A DNA stretch of 63,836 bases, counting the filler, from Limisphaerales bacterium (GTDB lineage: Bacteria; Verrucomicrobiota; Verrucomicrobiia; Limisphaerales; SIBE01), in assembly GCA_044225505.1 (NCBI GenBank). It is 3 parts of 3 records of this genome, joined end to end, with 100 filler letters (N's around TTAATTAATTAA, not from the genome) between each part and the next. Parts side by side here need not be neighbours in the genome. Positions count along the whole stretch, not along the records: positions 23,084 to 46,027 come from JBGAIN010000138.1; positions 46,128 to 63,836 come from JBGAIN010000163.1; 1 more part is not named here. One strand, written 5' to 3'. A program made the translations under genes and the position numbers. This document shows, one piece after another, positions 43,173-52,698 of this stretch. Numbering within the stretch: position 1 is the first letter of the stretch; each line of letters begins with the position of its first letter. The notes beneath the pieces are model-generated. The model saw nothing but the letters and a program-made list of their open reading frames with translations, was not told where the DNA came from and did not search any database.

Positions 43173-44342
43173 ATGAGACACATTACGAGACACCTGATCA
43201 CCTTAATATCGTCGCTTGGCCTGGTCTGCGGAACAGGGCGAGCTGCCTCAACCTCCAGAGTCATCTTGCCGTTAGTACCTGGCTGGCATAACGGCGCCAA
43301 GGTCCTTTACATCCAGACAGAAGCTTCCGATCCAGGAGTGGCCCAGGATCAAATGGTGAATTATGTCCCCCGCCTGGCAAGCTCCGGAAGTTCGAACATC
43401 GTCGACGACATTTACGTCATCACCAACTTCCCGCAGCCCAACGTAGTCCCTTCCGCACCCCATCCGCTCGGGCCGCGGAATTCCAGTCGGGGGTACTCGC
43501 CTCTCTGGCAAGTGAATCTGGTGACCTGGAACGAGGGAGCGACTCCGCAAGCTCTAACTTCCGAGGCGGCCATTAGCGACGCGATGGCAAGCGGGAAGGT
43601 AGCGGTCAAGAAAACTGAAATCGTGGTGAATTGTCCGATTGTCTTCACCCCAGATGGCGGCACGCTGCCGACGGCCACCATTATCGGGGATGAGGATCAC
43701 AAACAAGTCATTCTCCCGCTGGTCCAAGGCTGGTACAAAGGCACGCAGGTGCTATACCTGCAAACGGAAGCTTCAGATCCAGCCGTGGCTCTGGATCAAA
43801 ACGTCAATTATGTTCCCGGATTGACCAATGCGGTCGGCACCCGCACCGTGGACGACATTTACGTCGTGAGCAACTTCCAGCAAGCCAACGTGGTCGCGTC
43901 CGCGCCTCACCCACTCGGGCCGCAGAACGCCGACGAGGACTACTCGCCTCTCTGGCACGTCAAGGTCGTGACCTGGAACGAAGGAGCAACACCGCAGCTT
44001 TTAACTTCCGAAGGAGCGATTCAAGATGCGGCCTCGAATGGCAAGGTGAAGATTGACGGCACCCGCATTGTCGTGAATTGTCCGATCATGGCAGGAGCCG
44101 TGCCCACCGCCACCATTATCGGCATGCAATCCGCCCTGAAACCGATGCGCTCCGCTCCTGGGGGTTCGATTCAGATGACGCTATCCGGACAAGTCGGGCA
44201 AACCTACCCCATCCAGGCGTCGACCAACCTGATCGACTGGCTCGTGATTACGAATCTTGCATTGACTGGGCCGACGGCGCAGTTTGCAGACCCAGCCCAG
44301 ACCCAAACGCCCCGCCGCTTTTACCGCGCGGTCGATCAATAG
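43173..44342 (+). CDS. Secreted protein with two tandem YSPLW...VVNCP (DUF7482-like) domains and C-terminal sorting-like domain
   Basis: Signal peptide. Two ~149-aa copies 'VILPLVxGW...YxQTEASDP...DDIYV...YSPLWxVxxVTWNEGATPQ...IVVNCPI'. C-terminus 'GQVGQTYPIQASTNLIDW...RRFYRAVDQ'. Confidence 0.85.
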   Translation: MRHITRHLITLISSLGLVCGTGRAASTSRVILPLVPGWHNGAKVLYIQTEASDPGVAQDQMVNYVPRLASSGSSNIVDDIYVITNFPQPNVVPSAPHPLGPRNSSRGYSPLWQVNLVTWNEGATPQALTSEAAISDAMASGKVAVKKTEIVVNCPIVFTPDGGTLPTATIIGDEDHKQVILPLVQGWYKGTQVLYLQTEASDPAVALDQNVNYVPGLTNAVGTRTVDDIYVVSNFQQANVVASAPHPLGPQNADEDYSPLWHVKVVTWNEGATPQLLTSEGAIQDAASNGKVKIDGTRIVVNCPIMAGAVPTATIIGMQSALKPMRSAPGGSIQMTLSGQVGQTYPIQASTNLIDWLVITNLALTGPTAQFADPAQTQTPRRFYRAVDQ

Positions 44343-44368
44343 GCGACCCCATCACCGGTCCCAACAAA

Positions 44369-45019
44369 ATGACCGACATCGAGCCAAAAAGTCCTCAGGT
44401 CCAATCGAGGCCCAGCCCGACCACGCCGAGAACCATCGATCCAGCGGCCCAGTCCGAGCGCTGGGTCGATGAGCATGGCGATTTCCTCTACAGCTTCGCG
44501 ATGATGCGGCTCCGCGATTCGACTGCGGCCGAGGACGTGGTGCAGGAGACCTTCCTGGCCGCGTTGCGGCAGCAGGGTTCGGAACGGGGCCTGCCTCAGG
44601 AGCGCGGCTGGTTGCTTGGGATCCTGAAGCATAAGATCTACGATCATTTCCGCCGGTGCGCCCGCGAACCGGTGCTTAGTTCGGCTGACCTGGACGAGGA
44701 GAGCGAGACCGGACCGTTCCACTCGAAGGGACTTAAGCATGGGGCCTGGCTGCCGGAACAATCGCCAGGCGACTGGCCTGCGCATCCGGCGGAAAGCTTG
44801 GACCAGGCGTCATTCTGGCAAGCACTACATCAATGTACGCGCAAGCTCCCGCGAAACACAGCCCGCGCCTTCTTGCTCCGTGAACTGGACGAGCTGGACA
44901 CGGCGGAGATTTGCGAATTGCTCGGGATTACCGAGAGCCACCTCTGGGTCCTCCTCCATCGTGCGCGACTCGGGCTGAGACGTTGCCTGCAGGTTAACTG
45001 GATCGCCAAACTGAAATGA
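44369..45019 (+). CDS. ECF RNA polymerase sigma-70 factor (TIGR02943-like)
   Basis: Region 2 'WVDEHGDFLYSFA...AEDVVQETFLAAL...WLLGILKHKIYDHFR'. Region 4 'AFLLRELDELDTAEICELLGITESHLWVLLHRARLGLRRCL'. Confidence 0.93.
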   Translation: MTDIEPKSPQVQSRPSPTTPRTIDPAAQSERWVDEHGDFLYSFAMMRLRDSTAAEDVVQETFLAALRQQGSERGLPQERGWLLGILKHKIYDHFRRCAREPVLSSADLDEESETGPFHSKGLKHGAWLPEQSPGDWPAHPAESLDQASFWQALHQCTRKLPRNTARAFLLRELDELDTAEICELLGITESHLWVLLHRARLGLRRCLQVNWIAKLK

Positions 45020-45023
45020 GCGT

Positions 45024-45308
45024 ATGCATACCCATTTATCCTGGCTAAAAGTCTGCTCCCTCACCTGTCGCGAAGCGTCGGAGCTTCAGTCGCAGTCGCT
45101 GGAACAGCCATTGCCCTGGCGCGCACAGCTAGGCCTTCGAATTCATTTATTGCTCTGCAAATGGTGCCGGCGTTATGGAGAGCAAATCCGCTTCTTGCGT
45201 GAGGCGTGCCGGCAGGGCGACTTATCTTCTGAAACCCCGGCAGCGTACCGCCTCTCCGATGAAGCGCGGCAAAACTTGAAGGAAAAGCTGCGAACGAAAA
45301 TCCAATGA
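45024..45308 (+). CDS. Soluble zinc-binding anti-sigma factor (zf-HC2/ZAS)
   Basis: 'LTCREASELQS...LRIHLLLCKWCRRY' contains the HxxxCxxC motif. Starts 4 nt after the sigma stop. No transmembrane segment. Confidence 0.9.
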   Translation: MHTHLSWLKVCSLTCREASELQSQSLEQPLPWRAQLGLRIHLLLCKWCRRYGEQIRFLREACRQGDLSSETPAAYRLSDEARQNLKEKLRTKIQ

Positions 45309-45332
45309 CAATCCAGCTCGCGTTGGATGGCG

Positions 45333-45490
45333 TCAGCCTTCGTCCCCAGACGGTTCTTTGCGTTCCCACTTGCGCTGCGCCCGCTCAGGCAAGGCTGTAT
45401 CAACTTTGGCGTGGTAGGTCTCTTCCCCAAACAGGTCATCCGCCGCTTTCTGAAAACTCAACAAACTTGGGATGAAGTAGCGCTCGGGAA
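45333..45490 (-). pseudogene. Possible C-terminal remnant of an unidentified gene, next to repeat copy 2
   Basis: Protein-like stretch ERYFIPSLLSFQKAADDLFGEETYHAKVDTALPERAQRKWERKE. Its only ATG lies inside the non-coding repeat. Confidence 0.35.
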
Positions 45491-45521
45491 AGGGGGCAGG
45501 CCCGCAGAGACGCGTGGGCGA

Positions 45522-45665
45522 TGTTCCGCCAAAGTGCCTCACGATGGTTTGAGCCACTCCCGGACGCCGCCGGCAGCGTAGGCAACCGCGCCCATCATCC
45601 AGGAAGCGGCGATTCATGGCCAGGGCCTGTAATCACAAGCCATTCTCAAGTTTCTGTTGCCGCTC
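45522..45665. repeat. 144-bp direct repeat, copy 2
   Basis: About 94% identical to 42856-42999, same orientation. Confidence 0.93.
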
Positions 45666-45870
45666 GTGGCCACCGGCAACGCTTTATATCGTCCGCTGAG
45701 GATACTGCCCTCCAGTTTCCACGCCATTCCAAGAACCTGCCGCTGCCTCGCCTCAAGCGTCCAACATCTACATTGCATTCTGCGAAACTGACCCTGCGAT
45801 GCGAGATGATCGGCGCCAGAGTCTCGCGGAGGGGCTCTCCGCTTTGACCGTTTCCGCGTGTTCCGCGGTT

Positions 45871-46027
45871 CTATCGCTCGGCATTGTATCGGCCCCGCTC
45901 GGCCACAATGCGCTCGCATTGGACCTTGGGATAATGACCAAAGTTCACCAGTAAGCCGAGCTTGAGCTGCGTTGCTTTCAGGTAATTCTGGACTTGAGCC
46001 CGGTGCTCGTCGGTCAACTCGGTGACG
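45871..46027 (-). CDS. GxxExxY family protein (PD-(D/E)XK-like), C-terminal part; 5' end lost in the gap
   Basis: Hand translation VTELTDEHRAQVQNYLKATQLKLGLLVNFGHYPKVQCERIV...* matches the family C-terminal motif H-x-AQ-x2-NYLKAT-x4-GLLxNFG. Confidence 0.88.
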
Positions 46028-46127
46028 NNNNNNNNNNNNNNNNNNNNNNNNNNNNNNNNNNNNNNNNNNNNTTAATTAATTAANNNNNNNNNNNNNNNNN
46101 NNNNNNNNNNNNNNNNNNNNNNNNNNN
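46028..46127. other. Artificial contig linker
   Basis: N run - TTAATTAATTAA - N run, 100 nt. Confidence 0.97.
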
Positions 46128-47913
46128 CTTTGACGCCGTTCACATAAACCTCGTGCGCATTATCGACCCGCTCCACCCAGATCTCCGATTTCTTGTCCCT
46201 CCAATTCTCAGGCACTCGGACGACGCAACGGTACCAGGCCATTCCGTCATACCGGCTCAACTCACCAGCCGAGTTCTCTTCCCAAGTGCCAGGCACCCGC
46301 AATGGATACCAACCGCCTTCAAACTTCCCAGCCGTCGTCGGCACTGATGCGGGCGCGGGTGGCACAGGAACATCCAGCGTCCAATGCGTCGCGTTCACCA
46401 GCAGACGGCGAAATGCTGGTTGTCGAAAGTCCTCGGGACCGCCCAAGGACGTATAAAACACGCGCCGATGGTTGTTCGTGTTGACCCAAGCGACAGGCTC
46501 GACCTTTTGTTGCCCATCGACCGTAACGATCCCCGTGAGGAGGGGCTGCGTCGTCGCGGCCAGATTTCGGTTGCGATACAGCGAATGCCCAGAACGAAAG
46601 CCCGCTTTAGAAATTCCCGTGAGCACCGGATGGCTCGCGGATTCTTCCAGACCGCGAATGTCCGGCAGCAGTTGGTTGTCGTAATGCCCTTCATATTTGC
46701 CGCCCAGGATTTCCGTATCGAACGCGTCCCATCCAGCGTGATCGGCATCGGCAGGCTTAGCGCCAAAAGCGTGGCTAGCCGTGCGCAGTCCGATCAGCGG
46801 CTTCCCCGCTTCCAGATGTTGGCGAATGGCAGCGAGCATCGCGGTGGGTGGAGTTCGCCGGCGAACGCTGACGAGAAGTAGATCGGCGCGGGTGATGGCT
46901 TCCCAGTTTGTGAAAGTATTGCCGCCAGTGGGCGCGGCTTGAACAAAGTCCACCGTAAAACCGCGCCACGATAACTCTTTTTGCACGAATTCCGGGAGTG
47001 TTTCCCAGGTGTGATACTCGTTCTCGCCCACAATCATGGCGACGCGATGTCGGCGGTCGGCCTGAAAGTGAAAGGGTTCCCCACCAAGCAAGTCGGCGCT
47101 GGTCACGGTCGGGCACCAATACTTCTCGATGTGTTCGGCAACAAGGTCGGTTCCCACAAAGTGACTCACGTAAGGAGCGCTCCGCGAGTTATACATCGTA
47201 TCGGTCATGTCGCGCATCAACACGACATCTTTGCCAATCGTCACCAATTGTCGGATAGAAAACGGCCGACCTAGAACGCACATGTTTTCATGGACCCCCA
47301 TGACAATGACGTGATCGCGGGCATTCGCTTGCAGCAGATTGTAGACTTCTTCCCCGCTATCTGTGATAGCGTCCTGCTCCGCCACTTGCAGAATATCAAT
47401 CTGTCGTTTCCACGGTCCACCACTTGGGCATGGCGGCCTGTCGTCGCATCCCCCGTCTGTATCATCGATCGGCAGAGGCGGCTCTTTGCCATGGTTGAGC
47501 GATTGCCAGCGAGTGACATCGGACGGCGGCGTCGCTTTTGGAGCGGCTTGGGCAAGCTTCCGCTGCGGCCAGTCTTTGTAGAAATTCATCGTGTCACTCG
47601 GGGCGTGAATGATGTAAACGCCGCGCGCCCGGGCTTCTTGAAGCACCCGGTTCATCCGCGGTGCCATTTCCTCCACCCGCGCCGTCGCCCCTTTGCACCA
47701 ATGGCGGTCCCACATGTCACAAACGATGATCGCCGTTTTTCGCGGATCCCAATTCACCGTCCGTTCCACCACCTGGAATTCGTTGGTTGAAGGAAGAAGC
47801 GCGCGGCGAAACCGGGTGTGAAGTTCTAACTTTGCGTCGATGTCGCCGGCCAGGACCTGCGCCAAGTTGAGCAGAGTCAAAAGGGCCGTCCCGCAGAGAG
47901 TGTTCGCGTTCAT
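46128..47913 (-). CDS. Secreted isochorismatase-like + ThuA-like + GH2-type sugar-binding domain protein, 3' truncated
   Basis: Signal peptide. 'IIVCDMWDRHWC', 'IIHAPS', 'GVHENMCVLGRPF'. ThuA-like 'GKPLIGLRTASHAF...RVFYTSLG'. Then 'VPGTWE...YDGMAWYR...VDNAHEVYVNG'. Confidence 0.85.
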
Positions 47914-48097
47914 TAGTGTGTCGGGTCCCAGTGCAAAGAATCGGAGACCCAATAACACAACCGGATGAACGAGTCATGCAGATTGTCCGAGAACGTGCAA
48001 AAGTGCAAAAGAGGTTTAGCGTCCTTGCCTAGTCGCAACCAGGCGCGCGCTAATCGTCCGAGCCGAGGTCAACTCCTCAGCAAAAAGAACGGAAATC

Positions 48098-48796
48098 TTA
48101 GATAATCCGGCGGCCAAACACGCGGGCGACCTTCATAAGAACAAGGCCGGCTAACCCGGTCCCAACGCCAATTCCCACCGACCGCACTGGGTTTCGGCGA
48201 AGTTGGCCAAGGACCGTCATGGCGATGGTCGCCATTTGCAGCTGGGTGCGCAGGCCTCTGACTTCCCGTCCGATGCGACCGCGGGTTCGCTCCACGTCCG
48301 ACCGAATCTGGTCGCTGCTCCGGGTGTCTTTGGGCTCGGGAGGCGGCACCCGTTTGGTGACGACCGGAGCTTGGTCCAAACCGCCCTGTTTGATCTCTCG
48401 CAGCGTTTCGAGTGTCCGTTCCGGAACGAACGAGTTCTTCTTGAATGCGGACAGCGCCTTGCAGACCAAGATCCCGCCCGTAACGCCAGCGACCACTGCG
48501 ATCGCTAAAAACCCCAGGCACAAGGCCACGCCGGTTTGAATCCCAAGCGTTTCCAATCCCGAGGCAATGAGAAATCCGAGCGCAATCATCAGGAAAGTGA
48601 GCGCCAAGCAAGCAACGAGACCGCCGAGAGCGAAATACACAGAATTGCGACCAAAGACAGACGCTTTCTCGGAAAACTCCTTCTTCGCAAGCTGCACTTC
48701 TTCGTGAAACAGGTCGCGAACGTCTTCGCGCAGTCCGCTCAGGAGACTTAGAAATGACCCAGCCTCGTGGTCTGGGAGGGCAGATTCCATGCGCAT
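48098..48796 (-). CDS. Holin-like (YqjE/Phage_holin_3_6-type) membrane protein with DUF3618-like tail
   Basis: 'LREDVRDLFHEEVQLAKKEFSEK', two transmembrane helices, 'PERTLETLRE', then 'SSDQIRSDVERTRGRI'. Confidence 0.8.
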   Translation of the reverse strand: MRMESALPDHEAGSFLSLLSGLREDVRDLFHEEVQLAKKEFSEKASVFGRNSVYFALGGLVACLALTFLMIALGFLIASGLETLGIQTGVALCLGFLAIAVVAGVTGGILVCKALSAFKKNSFVPERTLETLREIKQGGLDQAPVVTKRVPPPEPKDTRSSDQIRSDVERTRGRIGREVRGLRTQLQMATIAMTVLGQLRRNPVRSVGIGVGTGLAGLVLMKVARVFGRRII

Positions 48797-48996
48797 ACTC
48801 TGTATAGGTTTTGGAGGGCTGTTGGGTGAAATTGTCAAATCAAGACAAGGTTCGATCGACTCCGGGGATGCGCAATCAGGGGTATCCCCGTCTTGGGCAC
48901 TCAGAGAATCCACGGTTCCAGCTGTAAACGAAGGGATTGGAAATGGAATAACTTTCGCAAGACTTGGGAATAGAATGTGCTACAGTGCGCCACAAA

Positions 48997-51699
48997 ATGC
49001 GCTTACCCTTCGTCGCAGCCTTGGGGTCAGGGATCGTTTCCTTCCTGGCTTTGGCTCCTTGCGCCTCGGCTCAATCCGAGGGTGGCACCCGGCATGTGCA
49101 GTTCCGCGAGGGACACCCTGGGGGATACGTCGTCCAGGTGCCCGACACGGCCACAATCCGGATCTTGTCGAAAGTGGCTACGCCGTGGCTCAACGCGCAG
49201 CAAGACAATGGATCGACCAACTTGGTGCAACTCGGCAGCCGGGTGGTGCTGCAACTGAAAGAGTCCGCTGACTTAGAAACGCTGCTGGAACAGCAACCGC
49301 TACGCTTGGCTCGTAAGATTAGTCAACGGCTTTTCATTCTCCAGGCAGTCGACGCGTGGCATGCCCTGGAGGCAGCTGAGACCCTCGCTCAGGATCCGCG
49401 AGTCGAACTTTGTTACCCAGTCACACGCCGTCCGAAACAGCTGAACAGCCCTTATGCGCCCAAGCCAACTGATCCACTCTTCTCCAACCACGGCAACGGC
49501 GCCGATTGGCAAGCCAATCTCGAGAATCGCGACACGAATGGAGTTCCACTCGGCCCGGATCTAAACGTTCGGTCGGCATGGCCAATCACCGAAGGCGAAG
49601 GCGTGACCATGGCATTGGCAGACGATGGTGTAGAACTGGACCATCCCGATCTCGCGGAACGGACTGCAGGCGCGCCGCACTTCAACTTTCTCACTCGAGA
49701 ATCGAATGGCATGCCCTCGGGACTGTTTTCCTATCACGCGACTGCCGTCGCGGGCTTGGCCGGAGCGACAGCCAACAACGGATTAGGAATTTCAGGTGTA
49801 GCCCCAAAAGCACGCATCGCTAGCTGGGTCATTTTTGGAGCCAATGACAATCTGGTCGATGAGGAAGCGCTCATGGATATGTTTCAGTACCAGTCGAACG
49901 TGGTTAGTGTGCAGAACCATAGTTGGGGCAAGGTTGGAAGCGAGCAGCTACGAATCTCGTCGTTGGAAAATATCGCCATCTCCAACGCCGTGCAGTTCGG
50001 CCGAGGGGGTCGCGGAGTCGTCATGGTTCGCGCCGCTGGCAATGGCCGAGGCGACGGCAACGATGTCAATGAAGATGGCTACGCAGCGGATCCGCGAGTG
50101 ATTGCAGTCGCCGCCGCTCGACTCGATGGGCGGGTGACTCGCTATAGTTCGCCGGGTGCTTGCGTCCTCGTAGCCGCACCGAGCGGCGATGAGAGTGGCG
50201 TGCTCGACCCCTGCATCGCGGACACCGCAAACATGGTGACGACAGATCGCCAAGGCACGCGTGGTTACAACCGAGATACCACCACCGTAGGCAGCGGTGA
50301 CTTTACCTATGGCGTCAATGGTTTCAGCGGCACCTCCGCGGCGACGCCGCAGATCGCAGGTGTCGCGACATTAATCCTATCAGTAAACACAAACCTGACC
50401 TACCGCGACGTGCAGCAAGTCTTAATCAATTCGAGCCGTCATTTCGATCTATCCGACAGTACTCTCACTACCAATGCGGCCGGATTCCGAGTCAGTCACA
50501 ATCTGGGATTCGGAATTCCCGATGCGGGCGAGGCCGTGCGTTTGGCTCGGACTTGGTCCAACCGACCCGCCGCCACACAACGGACTTTTTCCAACATGAA
50601 TGTCATCGCCATCCCGGAGGTTGGATTTCACCTGCGGGTAGACGGGCCAGACGTCCCGGAAATCCTGCAGTCCATCCAGGCTCTCCCAGGCGCGGGGCCG
50701 CATCCTGAGACGACCACCGGACTCGTACCTCTGGTCGATGTCGGCACAGCCACCAACTCCATTGCCCTTGACCTCCGAGGTCGGGCCGCCCTGATTCAAC
50801 GAGCTCCGAACTATTTTTGCGAAAAGATAACTCATGCCGCGCAGGCCGGTGCGACCCTGGCTGTGGTTTATAACAATCGCGGCGGCAACACTCGAATATT
50901 CATGGCTGAAACCGACCTTACGACGATTCCCTCCGTCTTCATCAGCCAGACGGACGGCGAAGCCCTGCGAGATTATCTCGCCGCTCAACCGAACGCGCGC
51001 GTCCAGTTGGTCCTGGATCCAGCACTCATCACGTTTGACGTGCCCGACACGATCCAATGCGAGTTCATCGGAGTTCGCCTCGATACGGACCATACCGCAC
51101 GCGGCGATCTGCGGATTGTCTTGACCTCGCCGACCGGAACGCGAAGCGTTCTTCAACGTGTCAATCAAGATACGGTCGCTGGCCCGCGCGATTGGACTTA
51201 CTATTCCGTTCAGCACTTTTACGAGAGCAGCTTTGGTCGTTGGACGTTAAGCGTGCTCGACGAAAGCGACCGCGGCCAAGGTTCCGTTCTGGGCGCCACC
51301 CTGTTGATCAATGGCGTGCCCATCGGCGATACGGATCATGATGGATTGGACGACAGCTGGGAAATGCAACAGTTGCATTCGCTGGGTTTCGGCCCGACCG
51401 ACGACCCGGACCGGGACGGCCTTACCAACGCTCGCGAAGCCCTCTTCGGGACAGATCCAAACCGAGCGGAGTTTCTTTTGGAACTGGATCTATCCGTATG
51501 GGATGCTCGGCTAGCCCGTTTGAGCTGGCCAAGCAACACGAATACAACCTATCGGATCCAGATTGGGCCGGAGTCAATTCGGCCCTCAACGCTAGCCACC
51601 AACTTACCCGGAACTGCAGGGGAGACCGAATGGTTTTTTCCCTATACCGGCCTCCTGCACCAATTCTTCCGGATACAATCGGCGCCCAGAAGCAACTGA
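48997..51699 (+). CDS. Secreted furin/kexin-like S8 serine protease with PA and P-proprotein domains, Ca-binding DxDxDG repeats and C-terminal sorting-like domain
   Basis: Catalytic triad 'LADDGVE', 'YHATAVAG', 'FSGTSAATP'. Oxyanion hole 'AAGNG'. PA domain 'GRAALIQR...EKITHAAQAGATLAVVYNN'. P domain 'DHTARGDLRIVLTSPTGT...FYESSFGRWTLSVLD'. 'DTDHDGLDDSWE', 'DPDRDGLTNARE'. Confidence 0.93.
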   Translation: MRLPFVAALGSGIVSFLALAPCASAQSEGGTRHVQFREGHPGGYVVQVPDTATIRILSKVATPWLNAQQDNGSTNLVQLGSRVVLQLKESADLETLLEQQPLRLARKISQRLFILQAVDAWHALEAAETLAQDPRVELCYPVTRRPKQLNSPYAPKPTDPLFSNHGNGADWQANLENRDTNGVPLGPDLNVRSAWPITEGEGVTMALADDGVELDHPDLAERTAGAPHFNFLTRESNGMPSGLFSYHATAVAGLAGATANNGLGISGVAPKARIASWVIFGANDNLVDEEALMDMFQYQSNVVSVQNHSWGKVGSEQLRISSLENIAISNAVQFGRGGRGVVMVRAAGNGRGDGNDVNEDGYAADPRVIAVAAARLDGRVTRYSSPGACVLVAAPSGDESGVLDPCIADTANMVTTDRQGTRGYNRDTTTVGSGDFTYGVNGFSGTSAATPQIAGVATLILSVNTNLTYRDVQQVLINSSRHFDLSDSTLTTNAAGFRVSHNLGFGIPDAGEAVRLARTWSNRPAATQRTFSNMNVIAIPEVGFHLRVDGPDVPEILQSIQALPGAGPHPETTTGLVPLVDVGTATNSIALDLRGRAALIQRAPNYFCEKITHAAQAGATLAVVYNNRGGNTRIFMAETDLTTIPSVFISQTDGEALRDYLAAQPNARVQLVLDPALITFDVPDTIQCEFIGVRLDTDHTARGDLRIVLTSPTGTRSVLQRVNQDTVAGPRDWTYYSVQHFYESSFGRWTLSVLDESDRGQGSVLGATLLINGVPIGDTDHDGLDDSWEMQQLHSLGFGPTDDPDRDGLTNAREALFGTDPNRAEFLLELDLSVWDARLARLSWPSNTNTTYRIQIGPESIRPSTLATNLPGTAGETEWFFPYTGLLHQFFRIQSAPRSN

Positions 51700-51716
51700 G
51701 CGCGACTGACTAATCA

Positions 51717-52586
51717 TCACTTGCCGTAATTGCGGACGAAGTCGATGCATTCCTTGGCTTCGGGAACGTTATTCTCCCAGTGATACTCGTATTCAATCGA
51801 GATGTTGCCCTGGAACTTTTGCGCTTTTAGTTCATCCAAAACACCCTTGATATTTCCGACACCCTGACCGTAGGGGACATCATGGGCCTGACCAAAATCA
51901 CTCTTGTCCTTGAGATGGCTGCTAATGATATGCCCCTTGAGAACCCGCAAGCAATAAACAGGATTTAGCCCTGACGTCTGCCAGTGACCCGTATCCGCAC
52001 AAGCGCCAATCCGCGCATCCCGATCCTTTACAATCGATAAGATATACCAAGGATCCCAGACGCGGTAATTGGGGTTGTTTGGCTGGCGTGGGTGATTATG
52101 AAACCCAACTTGGATGTCGAACTCCTTGACCATCTTCTCAATCGTATCCATCGAGGGCACGGACTCTGTCGTGACGGCGCGCATGCCCATCTTCTTGGCA
52201 AACTCGAAAACCTTGCGGGCACCCTCCTCTTCTTTGGGAATATCGACCACGCCGTAGTTGACAGCGACAATCTTGCGCTCAGCCAACTTGGCTTTAACCT
52301 TCGCAATAGTCTCCTCCGAAGCATTGTGGTCCCATTTCACGTCGGGCTGTTCCTTGCTCAGTTTCTGGCCCGGGAAAAACTCGATCACACGTCCGCCCGT
52401 CTCTGCGGTCTTATCGATCGCTTCGAACACGGTGAACCGGTTGAATGTATAAGCTTGGCATCCAATAGCGAAGCCGCTCGTCTTGTTCTCCTCAGGAATC
52501 GTCACCTCCCCACGGGACGGGAGGCCGGAAAGCAGAAGAAGTCCGAGACTTAGATTAGCGAGGGAGCAGATTGTAGTTGTTCTCAT
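51717..52586 (-). CDS. Exported sugar phosphate isomerase/epimerase family (xylose isomerase-like TIM barrel)
   Basis: 'GCQAYTFNRFT', 'IEFFPGQ', 'GFHNH', 'CADTGHW', 'SHLKD', 'ISIEYE'. Signal-like N-terminus. Confidence 0.88.
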   Translation of the reverse strand: MRTTTICSLANLSLGLLLLSGLPSRGEVTIPEENKTSGFAIGCQAYTFNRFTVFEAIDKTAETGGRVIEFFPGQKLSKEQPDVKWDHNASEETIAKVKAKLAERKIVAVNYGVVDIPKEEEGARKVFEFAKKMGMRAVTTESVPSMDTIEKMVKEFDIQVGFHNHPRQPNNPNYRVWDPWYILSIVKDRDARIGACADTGHWQTSGLNPVYCLRVLKGHIISSHLKDKSDFGQAHDVPYGQGVGNIKGVLDELKAQKFQGNISIEYEYHWENNVPEAKECIDFVRNYGK

Positions 52587-52698
52587 AGCTTGTCGATGTG
52601 TCGCATCGACGCAGGGCGAAGCCTGAGCGTCGGCGGTGTTAGAGATTACGGCGCCGACGCTAGCAAGTGTCAAAGAAAAACCACTGACCGAGGACAAG

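Noticed and set aside
45333..45617. 94-aa ORF starting inside repeat copy 2
   Set aside because: The N-terminal part is the repeat, whose copy 1 differs non-synonymously and stops soon after. Only the C-terminal part looks protein-like.
48098..48796. Holin-family gene as a sign of a prophage
   Set aside because: No phage genes nearby; YqjE-like/DUF3618 proteins are common chromosomal membrane proteins.
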